DNA of 61,403 nucleotides from an uncultured Nevskia sp. (GCF_903885465.1 NZ_CAISIQ010000288.1:1-61403); one strand, 5' to 3'; counted from the first letter of the stretch, positions 37,924 to 47,063 are shown. Notes: generated by a model not told the origin, from the letters alone. Numbers and translations are program-made.

Positions 37924-40455
37924 ATGGGCAAGCTGTTGAAGATCGTGTTTGCTGTCATCGGCGTCGTGCTGCTGCTCGTGGTGCTCGCAGTCGGGGCCTT
38001 CGCGCTGTTCTTCGATCCGAACGATTTCCGCAGCCAGATCACCGCCGCCGCCAAGAAGTCGACCGGCCGTGACCTTGCGCTCGGCGACATAAAGCTCGGC
38101 TTCTATCCGGTGCTTGGTGCCAACGTGAAGAACGTTTCCTTGAGCAATGCCGCCGGTTTTGGTGACGCGCCGATGCTGGTGGTGGCCGAGGCCGATGTCG
38201 GCGTGCGCCTGCTGCCGCTGGTGATGAGCCGCGAGATCCGCATCGGCAAGATCAGCCTCACCGGCATGAAGCTGAACCTGGCCAAGGACGCCACCGGCAA
38301 GAGCAACTGGGATGACCTGACCAAGACCGACGAGACCGCCGCCAAGCCCGAAGAAGAGAAGTCCGGAGGTGGCGCTGGCATCAAATCGATCGACATCAGC
38401 GGCATCGCCATCAAGGGTGCCGACATCAGCTATGACGACAAGCAGAGCGGCCAGGCCTACGCGGTGTCCGGCCTCGAGCTGGAAACCGGTTCGATCAGCC
38501 CCGGCGATCCCTTCGACATCAAGCTGGCGTTCTCCACCACGGTGAAGCAGCCGGCCGCGAAGGCCGACATCAAGCTGTCGACGCGCGTGGAATACGACCT
38601 GAAGGCGAAGACCTACAGCGCCGACAAGCTGGCCCTGAAGGTGCTGGCAACGATGCCGGACCAGAAGGCCGATATCGATCTCAGCGGCAATCTGTCCGCC
38701 GACATGAACAAGCAGACGGCGAAAGCCGACAAGCTCAGCCTCAAGGTCAAGGCGACGACCAAGGACGGCACGGCCGATGTCGATCTCGCGGGCAATGTCT
38801 CTGCCGATCTCGGCAAGAAGACCGCGTTGACCGACAAGCTGACCGTCAAGCTGAAAGCGGCGCTGAAGGATCTCAACGCCAATGCCGATCTCGCAGTGCA
38901 GGTCTCGGCCGAGTACGACAAGCCGCTGGTCCGCGCCCAGGGCCTGACCGTGAAGGTCGATGCCGACGGCGCGGCCGTGCCCGGCGGCAAGCAGACGGCG
39001 ACCTTCGCGGGTGACGCGATCTACGACGGCGAAAAGGGCACGCTGAAGCTGGCCAGCGGCGATCTCAAGGCGGCCGGCCTCGATGCGACCATCGCCCTCG
39101 ACGCCATCGGCCTGAACACCGATGCGCCGCGTTTCGTCGGCCCGCTGTCGGTCAAGACCTTCAATCCGCGCGAGCTGATGAAGCTGCTCGACATCAAGGT
39201 CGAGACCGCCGATCCGGAAACGCTGAAAGCGCTGACCTTGAGGCTGAAGTTCGACGCCACCACCAAGGCGGCGCGGATCAGCGATCTGAACATGAAGCTC
39301 GACCAGAGCACTTTCACCGGCTCTGGCGCCGTGACCAGCTTCGATTCGAAGGCGGCAGAGTTTGCGCTGAAGCTCGATGCGATCGACGCCGATCGTTATC
39401 TGCCGACACCGGCCGTGCCAGTCAAGGAAGCGCCGCGGACGCCGGAAGAGAAAGTGAAAGCCAATGCCGCCGAGCTGCCCATCGATGCGCTCGATGGCTT
39501 CACTGCGAACGGCACCATCGACATCGGCAAGCTGAAGGTGTCGAACCTCAGCATGGCCAACGTGCAGTTCCGCCTGAACGCGACCAAGGGCCAGCCGAAG
39601 GAAATCGGTCTGGGTGCGCAGCTGTACGGCGGCAGCATTGCGTCGACCACCAAGATCACGCCGGGCGCCACCCCGCGTTACGTCGAATCGCTGAAGCTGA
39701 CCTCGATTTCCGCCGGCCCGCTGTTGAAGGATTTCACCGGCAAGGAATCGATGACCGGCGAAGGCAACTTCGCGATGGACGTGACCGCCAGCGGCAAGAC
39801 CGTTGGCGCGATCAAGCAGGCATTGAACGGCGATCTCTCGTTCAGTTTCCTGAATGGTGCGGTCAAGGGCTTCAACCTCGGCCAGATCCTGCGCAAGGGT
39901 GATGCGCTGCTGAAAGGCCAGCAGTTCAACGAAACCGCGCCGGTGCAGACCGACTTCACCGAGCTGAGCGCCGCCGCGAAGATCACCAATGGCATTCTGC
40001 AGTCCGATGCGCTGAACGCCAAGAGCCCGCTGTTCAGAGTCGATGGCGCCGGCAAGGTCGACATCGCCCATGAAACCATCGATTACACGGCCAAGCCGAC
40101 CATCGTCAACACCGCCAGCGGCCAGGGCGGCAAGGAGATGCCCGACCTCGCCGGCATCGTCATTCCGATCCGGGTGACCGGCACCTTCGAAAATCCGAAG
40201 TACGCGCTGGATATCCGCGCAGCGCTGCAGCAGAAGGCTACCGAAGGCCTGCGCGAGAAACTGGTCGGCGAGAAGGGCGACAAGCTGCGCGAGAAGATCG
40301 ATACCCAGCTCGAGAAGAAGCTCGGCAACCAGCTCGACGGCAATCCGGCGCTGAAGGGCAAGCTGCAGGACGGCCTGAATTCGCTGTTCGGCAAGAAGAA
40401 GCCGCCAGCTGAACCGGCTCCCGCACCGGCCCCGGCGCCCGCTCCAGCGCCTTGA
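37924..40455 (+). CDS. asmA: AsmA family protein
   Basis: N-terminal TM, FDPNDFR, KSNWDDL, GAVKGFNL; position before mutY-yggX. Confidence 0.88.
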   Translation: MGKLLKIVFAVIGVVLLLVVLAVGAFALFFDPNDFRSQITAAAKKSTGRDLALGDIKLGFYPVLGANVKNVSLSNAAGFGDAPMLVVAEADVGVRLLPLVMSREIRIGKISLTGMKLNLAKDATGKSNWDDLTKTDETAAKPEEEKSGGGAGIKSIDISGIAIKGADISYDDKQSGQAYAVSGLELETGSISPGDPFDIKLAFSTTVKQPAAKADIKLSTRVEYDLKAKTYSADKLALKVLATMPDQKADIDLSGNLSADMNKQTAKADKLSLKVKATTKDGTADVDLAGNVSADLGKKTALTDKLTVKLKAALKDLNANADLAVQVSAEYDKPLVRAQGLTVKVDADGAAVPGGKQTATFAGDAIYDGEKGTLKLASGDLKAAGLDATIALDAIGLNTDAPRFVGPLSVKTFNPRELMKLLDIKVETADPETLKALTLRLKFDATTKAARISDLNMKLDQSTFTGSGAVTSFDSKAAEFALKLDAIDADRYLPTPAVPVKEAPRTPEEKVKANAAELPIDALDGFTANGTIDIGKLKVSNLSMANVQFRLNATKGQPKEIGLGAQLYGGSIASTTKITPGATPRYVESLKLTSISAGPLLKDFTGKESMTGEGNFAMDVTASGKTVGAIKQALNGDLSFSFLNGAVKGFNLGQILRKGDALLKGQQFNETAPVQTDFTELSAAAKITNGILQSDALNAKSPLFRVDGAGKVDIAHETIDYTAKPTIVNTASGQGGKEMPDLAGIVIPIRVTGTFENPKYALDIRAALQQKATEGLREKLVGEKGDKLREKIDTQLEKKLGNQLDGNPALKGKLQDGLNSLFGKKKPPAEPAPAPAPAPAPAP

Positions 40456-41693
40456 GCGCAGCGATATCAGCAGCGGCTGACGAGGATTTCGCCAGCCGCC
40501 TGCTCACCTGGTTCGACCGCCACGGCCGCCACGGCTTGCCCTGGCAATCGCCGCGTACGGCCTATCGCGTCTGGCTGTCCGAAGTGATGCTGCAGCAGAC
40601 CCAGGTGGCGACGGTCATCCCGTACTTCGAGCGCTTCATCGCCCGCTTCCCGAACTTCAACGCGCTGGCCGCTGCCGATATCGACGAAGTGCTGGCGCTG
40701 TGGGCCGGCCTTGGTTACTACGCCCGCGCCCGCAACCTGCACGCTGCGGCCAAGCAGGTGGCTTCCCTGCATCGCGGCGAGCTGCCGGACGATCTCGAAG
40801 CGGCACAGGCGCTACCCGGCGTCGGCCGCTCCACCGCCGCCGCGATCCTCGCCCAGGCCTATGGCTCGCGGCACGCGATTCTCGATGGCAACGTCAAGCG
40901 CGTGCTGGCGCGCCACGCGGCGATCCCCGGCTGGCCCGGCGAACCGAAAGTCGCCGCCAGGCTCTGGCTGGTCTCCGAGCGCTTTCTGCCGCAGACGCGC
41001 CTGGCTGATTACACGCAGGCGATCATGGATCTCGGCGCCACGTTGTGCACCGTGCGTGCACCGGCTTGCACGCGCTGCCCGGTCGCGGCGGACTGTGCAG
41101 CTCGGCTCGCTGATCGAGTCGAAGATTTCCCGTCATCGAAGCCGGCGAAGGCGCGGCCACTGCGCCGCGCGACCTTGTTACTGGTCGAGAACGAGCAAGG
41201 CGCGGTGCTGATCGAACGCCGTCCGCCGACCGGCATCTGGGGCGGCCTGTGGTCGCTGCCCGTGGCCGGCGAGGGCGAGTCCGCCGACGGGCTGCTGCGC
41301 GAACGCTTCGGCATCAGTGTCGAACCGCTGGAAACCCTGCCAGCCTTCCGCCACGCCTTTACCCATTTCGAGCTGGAGCTGACACCGCTGCTCTGCGCGC
41401 TGATCGACACGCCGCCCACCGCCCTTCATGAGCGACCGGAGCAGCGCTGGCTTACCATGCACCGCGACGCGCTGCCCGGCCTGCCGGCGCCAGTGCTCAG
41501 CTTCCTGACTCGCCGCTACCCCACCGTTACGACTCCGACCGAACCGTGTCCCGAACCGTCCACTGCATCAAACTCGGCATCGAAGCCGAAGGCCTCCCGC
41601 GTCCGCCAGTCCCCGGCGACCTCGGCCAGCGCATCTACGAGCAAGTCTCGAAACAAGCCTGGGCCGAATGGATCGCGCACCAGACCCGGCTGA
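40452..41693 (+). CDS. mutY: A/G-specific adenine glycosylase
   Basis: WLSEVMLQQTQV, WAGLGYYARARN, LPGVGRSTA, DGNVKRV, C-x6-C-x2-C-x5-C; C-terminal run-on into yggX. Confidence 0.93.
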   Translation: MSAAISAAADEDFASRLLTWFDRHGRHGLPWQSPRTAYRVWLSEVMLQQTQVATVIPYFERFIARFPNFNALAAADIDEVLALWAGLGYYARARNLHAAAKQVASLHRGELPDDLEAAQALPGVGRSTAAAILAQAYGSRHAILDGNVKRVLARHAAIPGWPGEPKVAARLWLVSERFLPQTRLADYTQAIMDLGATLCTVRAPACTRCPVAADCAARLADRVEDFPSSKPAKARPLRRATLLLVENEQGAVLIERRPPTGIWGGLWSLPVAGEGESADGLLRERFGISVEPLETLPAFRHAFTHFELELTPLLCALIDTPPTALHERPEQRWLTMHRDALPGLPAPVLSFLTRRYPTVTTPTEPCPEPSTASNSASKPKASRVRQSPATSASASTSKSRNKPGPNGSRTRPG

Positions 41694-41821
41694 TCAACGA
41701 GATGCGCCTGTCGCTGGCGGAATCGGAATCACGCAAGTTGCTGATGACAGAACTGGAGAAATTCTTCTTCGGCGGCGGCGAGCTGACCAAGACCAGCTAC
41801 ATCCCGCCGAAAAAGGCCTGA
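41546..41821 (+). CDS. yggX: Oxidative damage protection / Fe(II)-trafficking protein
   Basis: MSRTVHC..L..EAEGL, W..HQTRLINE. Confidence 0.92.
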   Translation: MSRTVHCIKLGIEAEGLPRPPVPGDLGQRIYEQVSKQAWAEWIAHQTRLINEMRLSLAESESRKLLMTELEKFFFGGGELTKTSYIPPKKA

Positions 41822-41861
41822 GCGCCGCCGCCGGCCAGCCCCAGCCAGGGCCGGAAAGTGC

Positions 41862-41891
41862 TTGACGCCTGATACCCCTGTCGCGTCTAAT
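41862..41891 (+). promoter_or_regulatory. Sigma70-type promoter of tRNA-Phe
   Basis: TTGACG-N18-TCTAAT followed by GC-rich discriminator CGCGCTCC. Confidence 0.55.
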
Positions 41892-41931
41892 CGCGCTCCG
41901 CGTTGAGACGCGGGCATCCAAGCAGCACGTT

Positions 41932-42007
41932 GGCCGAGTAGCTCAGTCGGTAGAGCAGGGGATTGAAAATCCCCGTGTCGGCGGTTCGATTCCGTCCTCG
42001 GCCACCA
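41932..42007 (+). tRNA. tRNA-Phe (GAA)
   Basis: 76 nt cloverleaf GGCCGAG...CTCGGCC-ACCA, anticodon arm GGGGA-TTGAAAA-TCCCC, GGTTCGATTCC. Confidence 0.97.
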
Positions 42008-42018
42008 TAAATTGGTGG

Positions 42019-42048
42019 AAAAGCCCCTGAAAACAGGGGCTTTTTTTT
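42019..42048 (+). terminator. Rho-independent terminator
   Basis: AAAAGCCCCTG-AAAA-CAGGGGC-TTTTTTTT. Confidence 0.9.
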
Positions 42049-42083
42049 GCCTGCCGAATTAAGCGCTGCAGCCGTTTCGGATT

Positions 42084-42107
42084 TTTGTGCCTAAATTTGT
42101 GCCCAAA
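42084..42107. repeat. Tandem 12-bp direct repeat (candidate integrase arm sites)
   Basis: TTTGTGCCTAAA TTTGTGCCCAAA between tRNA and integrase. Confidence 0.65.
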
Positions 42108-42158
42108 TTCAGGTTCCGAGCGACACGGATACCGTCCCCCACAGACAGGGGATGGCGA

Positions 42159-43505
42159 ATGGCAAAGAGAGGAAGACCGAACACCGGGTCGATCATCGAG
42201 AGAGGGCCGCACCAGTTTTGCGTGCGCCACACTCACGGACGTGAGCGCGAGAACACGACCTTTGAAACGCGCTTGCTGGCCGAACAGTGGCTGGCAGGCG
42301 TCAAAAGTGGCGAAGACAAGGGGCGGCTGACGAAGACAATCGACGCCCGCAATCTCTCACTGGCTGATGCGCTGAATCGCCGCCTTGCAATGTGCGGGGA
42401 CCAGAAAAGCAACGCCGAGCAGACGCGGCAGACCCAGCGCCTCATCGAGAACTTTCCAGGACTGACGGGCAAACGCCTTTACGAGATTGACGAGATCGAT
42501 GTCCTCGGATTCATCGAGGAGCGCGAGGAAGAGGTCGCCAACGGCACGATCAACCGTGAACTGTCCCTCATCAGCAACACGTTCAATCGCGCGCGGTCGC
42601 GCATGCACTGCGTCGGGCTCGTCAATCCGATCGGCCCCACGACGCGGCTGAAGGAGGCGAAGGGGAGAGACCACCGGCTGGCTGCGGACGAAGAGGAACT
42701 GCTCCTTCGGCTTGCCGATCCGGTAGAAGCGCTGACTCATACCCCTATCGGCAGCATCATCCGGTTCGCGGTCGGCACCGCGATGCGTAAGTCGGAAATA
42801 GCCCGAATGGATTGGCGTCACGTCAATCTTGATCGCGGAACGGCGCTGATTCCTGATTCAAAGAATGGCAGTCCCCGCACCGTGCCTCTGGGGCTCGCCA
42901 TGCGCTCGCTGGTTCGCGAGCAGGGCCCCAAATCCTCAGGCTGTGTGTGGGCCGGTGCCACGGCTATTTCAAGCGCCTGGCAGCGACTCAAGCGAACGGC
43001 AATCGCAGAGGCGCAACAGCTAGTTTCGGCGGGCATCGCGCTGTCGGATCTGCCGGAACGGCTGCTCGATCTGCGCTTTCATGACCTTCGCCACGAAGCA
43101 ACATCGCGTCTGATCGAGCGCACGGGCTGGGACAACGCGCGCATCCGGGCCGTGACCGGGCACAAGACAGACGCGATGCTGGCGCGGTACACGCATCTGA
43201 GGACGGCGTCACTCGCCTTGGAACTGGCCGCGCTTGAGGGCGGCGCGGTTTTGAACCTGCACGCTGCAGGTGCCAAAGAGCACGCCGATCACCAGCCAGA
43301 GGACCCTTCGATGCGGGCCCAATGGAAAGCTGTGGCAGCCAGCACCACGTTGCTGACGTTGCTGATCTCAGCAAAGCCGATTGCCGAGGTTGCCAAGGAG
43401 TTCGGTGTTTCGGATGCCGCCGTTCACAAGGCCTGCAAACGGCTCGGAGTTGAGAAGCAGCGCCGTGGATTTTGGCTTGAAGGCAGGCAAACTAAGGTTG
43501 CGTGA
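42159..43505 (+). CDS. Tyrosine recombinase/integrase (Rci-like) with extra C-terminal HTH-like domain
   Basis: TINRELS, TAMRKSEI, SKNG..RTVPL, FHDLRHEATSRL, TGHKT..ML.RYTHL; all catalytic residues present. Confidence 0.92.
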   Translation: MAKRGRPNTGSIIERGPHQFCVRHTHGRERENTTFETRLLAEQWLAGVKSGEDKGRLTKTIDARNLSLADALNRRLAMCGDQKSNAEQTRQTQRLIENFPGLTGKRLYEIDEIDVLGFIEEREEEVANGTINRELSLISNTFNRARSRMHCVGLVNPIGPTTRLKEAKGRDHRLAADEEELLLRLADPVEALTHTPIGSIIRFAVGTAMRKSEIARMDWRHVNLDRGTALIPDSKNGSPRTVPLGLAMRSLVREQGPKSSGCVWAGATAISSAWQRLKRTAIAEAQQLVSAGIALSDLPERLLDLRFHDLRHEATSRLIERTGWDNARIRAVTGHKTDAMLARYTHLRTASLALELAALEGGAVLNLHAAGAKEHADHQPEDPSMRAQWKAVAASTTLLTLLISAKPIAEVAKEFGVSDAAVHKACKRLGVEKQRRGFWLEGRQTKVA

Positions 43506-43847
43506 CGGCTGCGGGCGATTGATGGCGAATAATCAGCGGTCTCATTCACACCGTGCTGATTTATGCAGTTTTCTCAGGGCTTCAGTAATTCAAACGACGA
43601 CTTATTCTTGATTAATCTTGCTTGCATGAAATCGTGCAACGCCTCCGGCGGCATCAAGCCTGATCGCAAGCCGACGATCGGCACCAAAGGCTATGCCGCT
43701 CGACGCCTTACTATCACCGGCTAGGCCGGCACGGGCTTGACCCCGCCTCGGGTTGCCCAGCGGTTGACCGTGCCACGATGCCGAGAACTGCCCCGCATCG
43801 TGGCCAGCGGTCAGAGCGCGAAGGATGCTGTCTGATTCGCTCTTGTC

Positions 43848-43892
43848 GTCGCTTAAGTGCCAGTAGCAGACGGTCACGAGCGTCCGCTACAG
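43848..43892 (+). repeat. Island repeat, GTGCCA-spacer copy 1
   Basis: GTCGCTTAA-GTGCCA-GTAGCAGAC-GGTCACGAGCGTCCGCTACAG aligns with 46174-46219. Confidence 0.6.
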
Positions 43893-44025
43893 GCGTCACC
43901 TTGGTCGACATCACGCGAGCCGCTGCTTACCTCGCGCTCGCAGCAGCAGCACGATAGGTGCTCACCTGCGGATTGTCCCCGTGCCGCGGTTTGGGTGATT
44001 CACCGCGCGCTCGGCCAGGATCGGC

Positions 44026-44418
44026 TCAAGCCAGGAAACTGGCGGGCAGCTCCCAGGTATTCGGCAGATAGCGGTGGCCCCAGCGCGCGGCTTCCTGGAT
44101 CAGCGGCCGTAAGGACTGGCCTTTGGCGGTGAGCCGGTATTCGTAGCGGGGAGGCTTGGTTTCGTATTGATGGGCCTCGACGAATTCGCAGGTTTGCAGC
44201 CATTTCAGCCGCGTCGTGAGAATGCTGCTGGTGATGGCTTCCGGGCTCTGCATGAATTCTCCGAAGCGCTTTTTACCCATGAGCAGGTCGCGGATGATCA
44301 GCAGGCTCCACTTGTCGCCGATCAGGTCGAGTACCGACGAGATCGGGCAGTCCGACCGCCGGATAGCGGGATCGGGATTCCCTTCTGGCTTGCGCCTGAA
44401 TTTCGGAGTCGCTTGCAT
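44026..44418 (-). CDS. HxlR family winged-helix regulator
   Basis: RSDCPI..LDLIGDKWSLLIIRDL, PPRYEYRLT.KG. Confidence 0.92.
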   Translation of the reverse strand: MQATPKFRRKPEGNPDPAIRRSDCPISSVLDLIGDKWSLLIIRDLLMGKKRFGEFMQSPEAITSSILTTRLKWLQTCEFVEAHQYETKPPRYEYRLTAKGQSLRPLIQEAARWGHRYLPNTWELPASFLA

Positions 44419-44442
44419 TTTCGAAGTCTATCGTGAGATATT

Positions 44443-44465
44443 GTTACTTGCATAATGCAAGTAAC
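44443..44465. promoter_or_regulatory. Probable HxlR operator
   Basis: Perfect inverted repeat GTTACTTGCAT-A-ATGCAAGTAAC in the divergent promoter region. Confidence 0.7.
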
Positions 44466-44548
44466 TAGCCGCCCGCCAAGCCGGATCAAGGAAACGGCAA
44501 GATGGCCATCGGAAGTTTCCCCACTCTTTCCAACCGGATTTACTCAAC

Positions 44549-45058
44549 ATGAGCACTGCAAACCTGCATTCCTTCGTCGTGCCGATCATTACGCGCGTGC
44601 TGACCAATCTTCGTGCAGTTACTTAGAAAGGGGCTGCCCACGCCGACGCGAAGAAGATCGATCCGGCATCGTTGATCAATTTCCGCCTGTATCCGGACAT
44701 GCTGCCCTTTTCCAGCCAGATCCAGATTGCCACCGATGCCTCGAAAGGCTGCCTGGCGCGCCTTGCCGGAATCGATGCACCCCGGTTCGAGGACACCGAG
44801 AAGACGTTCGGCGAGCTGTTCACGCGTATCGAGAAGACCCTGGCGTTCGTGGGCTCGGTCAAGCCCGAGCAGACCGAAGGCGCCGAGCAACGCGCGATCG
44901 TGATCAAGACACCTTCCGCCGAACTCAACTTCACCGGCCTGACCTACGTGCAGGGATTCGTCATCCCCAATCTTCTGTTCCATGCGACGACGGCCTACAA
45001 CATCCTGCGCCATAACGGCGTCGAGATCGGCAAGATGGACTTCCTGGGCCGCCCCTGA
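44549..45058 (+). pseudogene. DUF1993 family gene with in-frame TAG at 44624-44626
   Basis: MSTANLHSFVVP..LTNLRAVT*KGAAHADAKKIDP..RLYPDM..PNLLFHATTAYNILRHNGV.IGK.DFLG. Confidence 0.85.
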
Positions 45059-45170
45059 TCCGGATCAGAACCGGGGCAGTCCGACCGGCTAAACGGCCGA
45101 AAAACAGTGGCACCACACCAGCCGGCGCGCCGCTGTCATTACGGCAATCCGACGTTAAGGGAGCACGAGA

Positions 45171-45662
45171 ATGGACTCGACACAAATATTTGGGATGCAG
45201 CTTCTTACGAGCGTTGTCGTCTTCGGACTCGTCGCGGTGTGGTACGTCTGGCCGCACCTCGCTAAACTTTCTTATAGTTCTGCTCTAGTTCTGCTGCTCT
45301 GGGTTCAGGTTCCACGCTATGTGGGAATGACACTATTAGTTCCGGGTATCGTCGATCCGAATCTTCCCGTAGGTTTTCTTTCCAGTGCTGCTTACGGTGA
45401 TCTCTTGGCAGCGGCGCTGGCATTGGTTTCCATCGTTGCTCTGCGGGGCAAATGGAGTTTTGCAGCTCCTCTGGTGTGGGTGGCCAACACGTGGGGATTC
45501 GTGGACGCGCTAAACGGAGGCCGTAGCCTCGTGCAGTTGAGCGTGCCGAGCTTCAACCTCGGCACCTTTTGGTATCTCTTCACGTTCTACGGACCGTTGG
45601 TAATCGTTTCACACTTGATGATTTTCTGGGTTTTGATTAAGTCCAAGTCGTGGAGTAAATAA
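45171..45662 (+). CDS. Hypothetical multi-pass membrane protein
   Basis: GGGAG RBS, about five hydrophobic segments, AT-richer codon usage. Confidence 0.75.
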   Translation: MDSTQIFGMQLLTSVVVFGLVAVWYVWPHLAKLSYSSALVLLLWVQVPRYVGMTLLVPGIVDPNLPVGFLSSAAYGDLLAAALALVSIVALRGKWSFAAPLVWVANTWGFVDALNGGRSLVQLSVPSFNLGTFWYLFTFYGPLVIVSHLMIFWVLIKSKSWSK

Positions 45663-45733
45663 CTGGGCTGCTGCTGGTTTCACGGACACCGAGTTTGGGT
45701 GTGGTGATGAAACCAGAGGTGGACCATGGGAAA

Positions 45734-45955
45734 TGGAGCGGTGATTCGGCGGGCAAGCTGATCGAGCTGACGATCGAGTATGCGCCGGAGCCGCCGTACA
45801 AGTCGGGACGCCCGGAGCTTGCCGATGCGGAAACGCTGGTCACGGCTAACCAGTTCATGACGGCCGAGTTCGCCGCGTCGGCGGTGCTTCAAGCGGCACA
45901 GCGACTAAAGACGTCGTCACATCGCATGGCCGCCATTTCTGCCTGTTCTAGGTAA
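45734..45955 (+). pseudogene. C-terminal fragment of DJ-1/PfpI (isonitrile hydratase-like) gene
   Basis: IELTIEYAPEPPYKSGRP matches the family C-terminal motif; catalytic N-terminal part absent; left boundary approximate. Confidence 0.65.
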
Positions 45956-46163
45956 CTGCTCCTTACACCGAAAGACACTTCCTTCGACGTAATCGCGAAC
46001 AGTCGGGACTGCGGCGAGCCGACCAGATCCTCCCCCCGCGATCGTGTCTGACGATTGGAGGACTCGGCCGGGAAAATTCCGATGGGTCGCGGAGCACGTC
46101 AGACGTCTGCTTTCGGGATATTCGTTCCGCCCCTTCTGTGACGGCTTCGGGCTGACTGCCGAC
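45927..46163 (+). repeat. Long direct repeat, copy A
   Basis: Core 45965-46155 aligns ungapped with 50909-51099 (about 20 mismatches in 191 nt by hand). Confidence 0.9.
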
Positions 46164-46173
46164 TGTGACGTAG

Positions 46174-46219
46174 GTCTCATACGTGCCAGAAGCAGCCGAT
46201 CGCGAGTGACCGCTTACAG
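46174..46219 (+). repeat. Island repeat, GTGCCA-spacer copy 2
   Basis: GTCTCATAC-GTGCCA-GAAGCAGCC-GATCGCGAGTGACCGCTTACAG. Confidence 0.6.
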
Positions 46220-46367
46220 ATGCTGTCGCTCGCGGTGTTCGGCATATCACATGGTGACTCCGTCACTCCGGCAAAGAGTGTTGATGATTCACTGGAAGAG
46301 CCATCGGTTGGCTGTTTGTGAGAGCCAGATGCACTTGACTGAGGCATCGCACCGTCGGCGATCCGAC

Positions 46368-47009
46368 TCAATCTGGTGATGAGGTCTTCCGCCGCAGTTT
46401 CGATGGCGACATCGCGCCGCTGGTAGCCGGCGCGAGTAGCACGAACACCGGACGAATCGCGCCCTCTAGCAGTGCTCGCTCTGGTCGCGCTCGAACCAGC
46501 ACACGCAGCGACACCATAAGGGCCAGAAGAAGGCTCGCCATCTCCTTTGGGGACAGCGATGCGTTGACGGTGCCCTCGCGCTGCCCTCGGCGAATCAGCT
46601 TCTCGAAAGACTTTTCAAACCTTGCCATCACCTGCACGACGACCTCGCGAAAACCTGCATCGTGCGGCCCTATTTCCACGACGGAGTTGGCCACCAGGCA
46701 GCCCCTGTTGTCCGGGTCTTCCAAGGACTTGCCGATCAGGTCGGCGAAGAAGCGCTCCAAGATCGTGAGCGGTGGGGCGTCCTCGTCAAAGTGCGCGGTG
46801 AGCGACCCGACCACCTCGAGAACGTAAAGCTGGAGCGCACGCTCGAAAACGGATCGCTTGTCGCCAAACGCGTTGAAGAAGCTGGAGAGCGTGACGCCCA
46901 TCTTGTCGGAAAGATCCCGGACCGTGGTGCGCTCGTAACCGCGCTCCCAGAAGCGGTTCATCGCCACTTCGAGTGCCACATGTTCGTCGAATTGTCGGGG
47001 TCGAGCCAT
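46368..47009 (-). CDS. TetR/AcrR family regulator (NemR/ComR-like)
   Basis: MARPRQFD, FWERGYERT, FGDKRSVF, GCLVAN. Confidence 0.92.
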   Translation of the reverse strand: MARPRQFDEHVALEVAMNRFWERGYERTTVRDLSDKMGVTLSSFFNAFGDKRSVFERALQLYVLEVVGSLTAHFDEDAPPLTILERFFADLIGKSLEDPDNRGCLVANSVVEIGPHDAGFREVVVQVMARFEKSFEKLIRRGQREGTVNASLSPKEMASLLLALMVSLRVLVRARPERALLEGAIRPVFVLLAPATSGAMSPSKLRRKTSSPD

Positions 47010-47063
47010 CGGGTCACACCTCCTGCATCACATCGTCGCGTTGGACTATAGTTTGTCATTAAA

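Noticed and set aside
37834-40071. 745-aa ORF antisense to asmA, and similar long shadow ORFs (5992-7620, 8062-9798, 20881-22482, 36409-37872)
   Set aside because: Expected artefacts of high-GC codon bias opposite well-supported genes; no motifs.
40408-40452. Pro-Ala coding microrepeat at the end of asmA
   Set aside because: Codons vary, so this is a low-complexity protein tail and not a phase-variable DNA repeat.
45917-46379. Paired similar short ORFs here and at 50858-51182
   Set aside because: They resemble each other only because they overlap the DNA repeat; starts and stops are not conserved between copies and there is no RBS.
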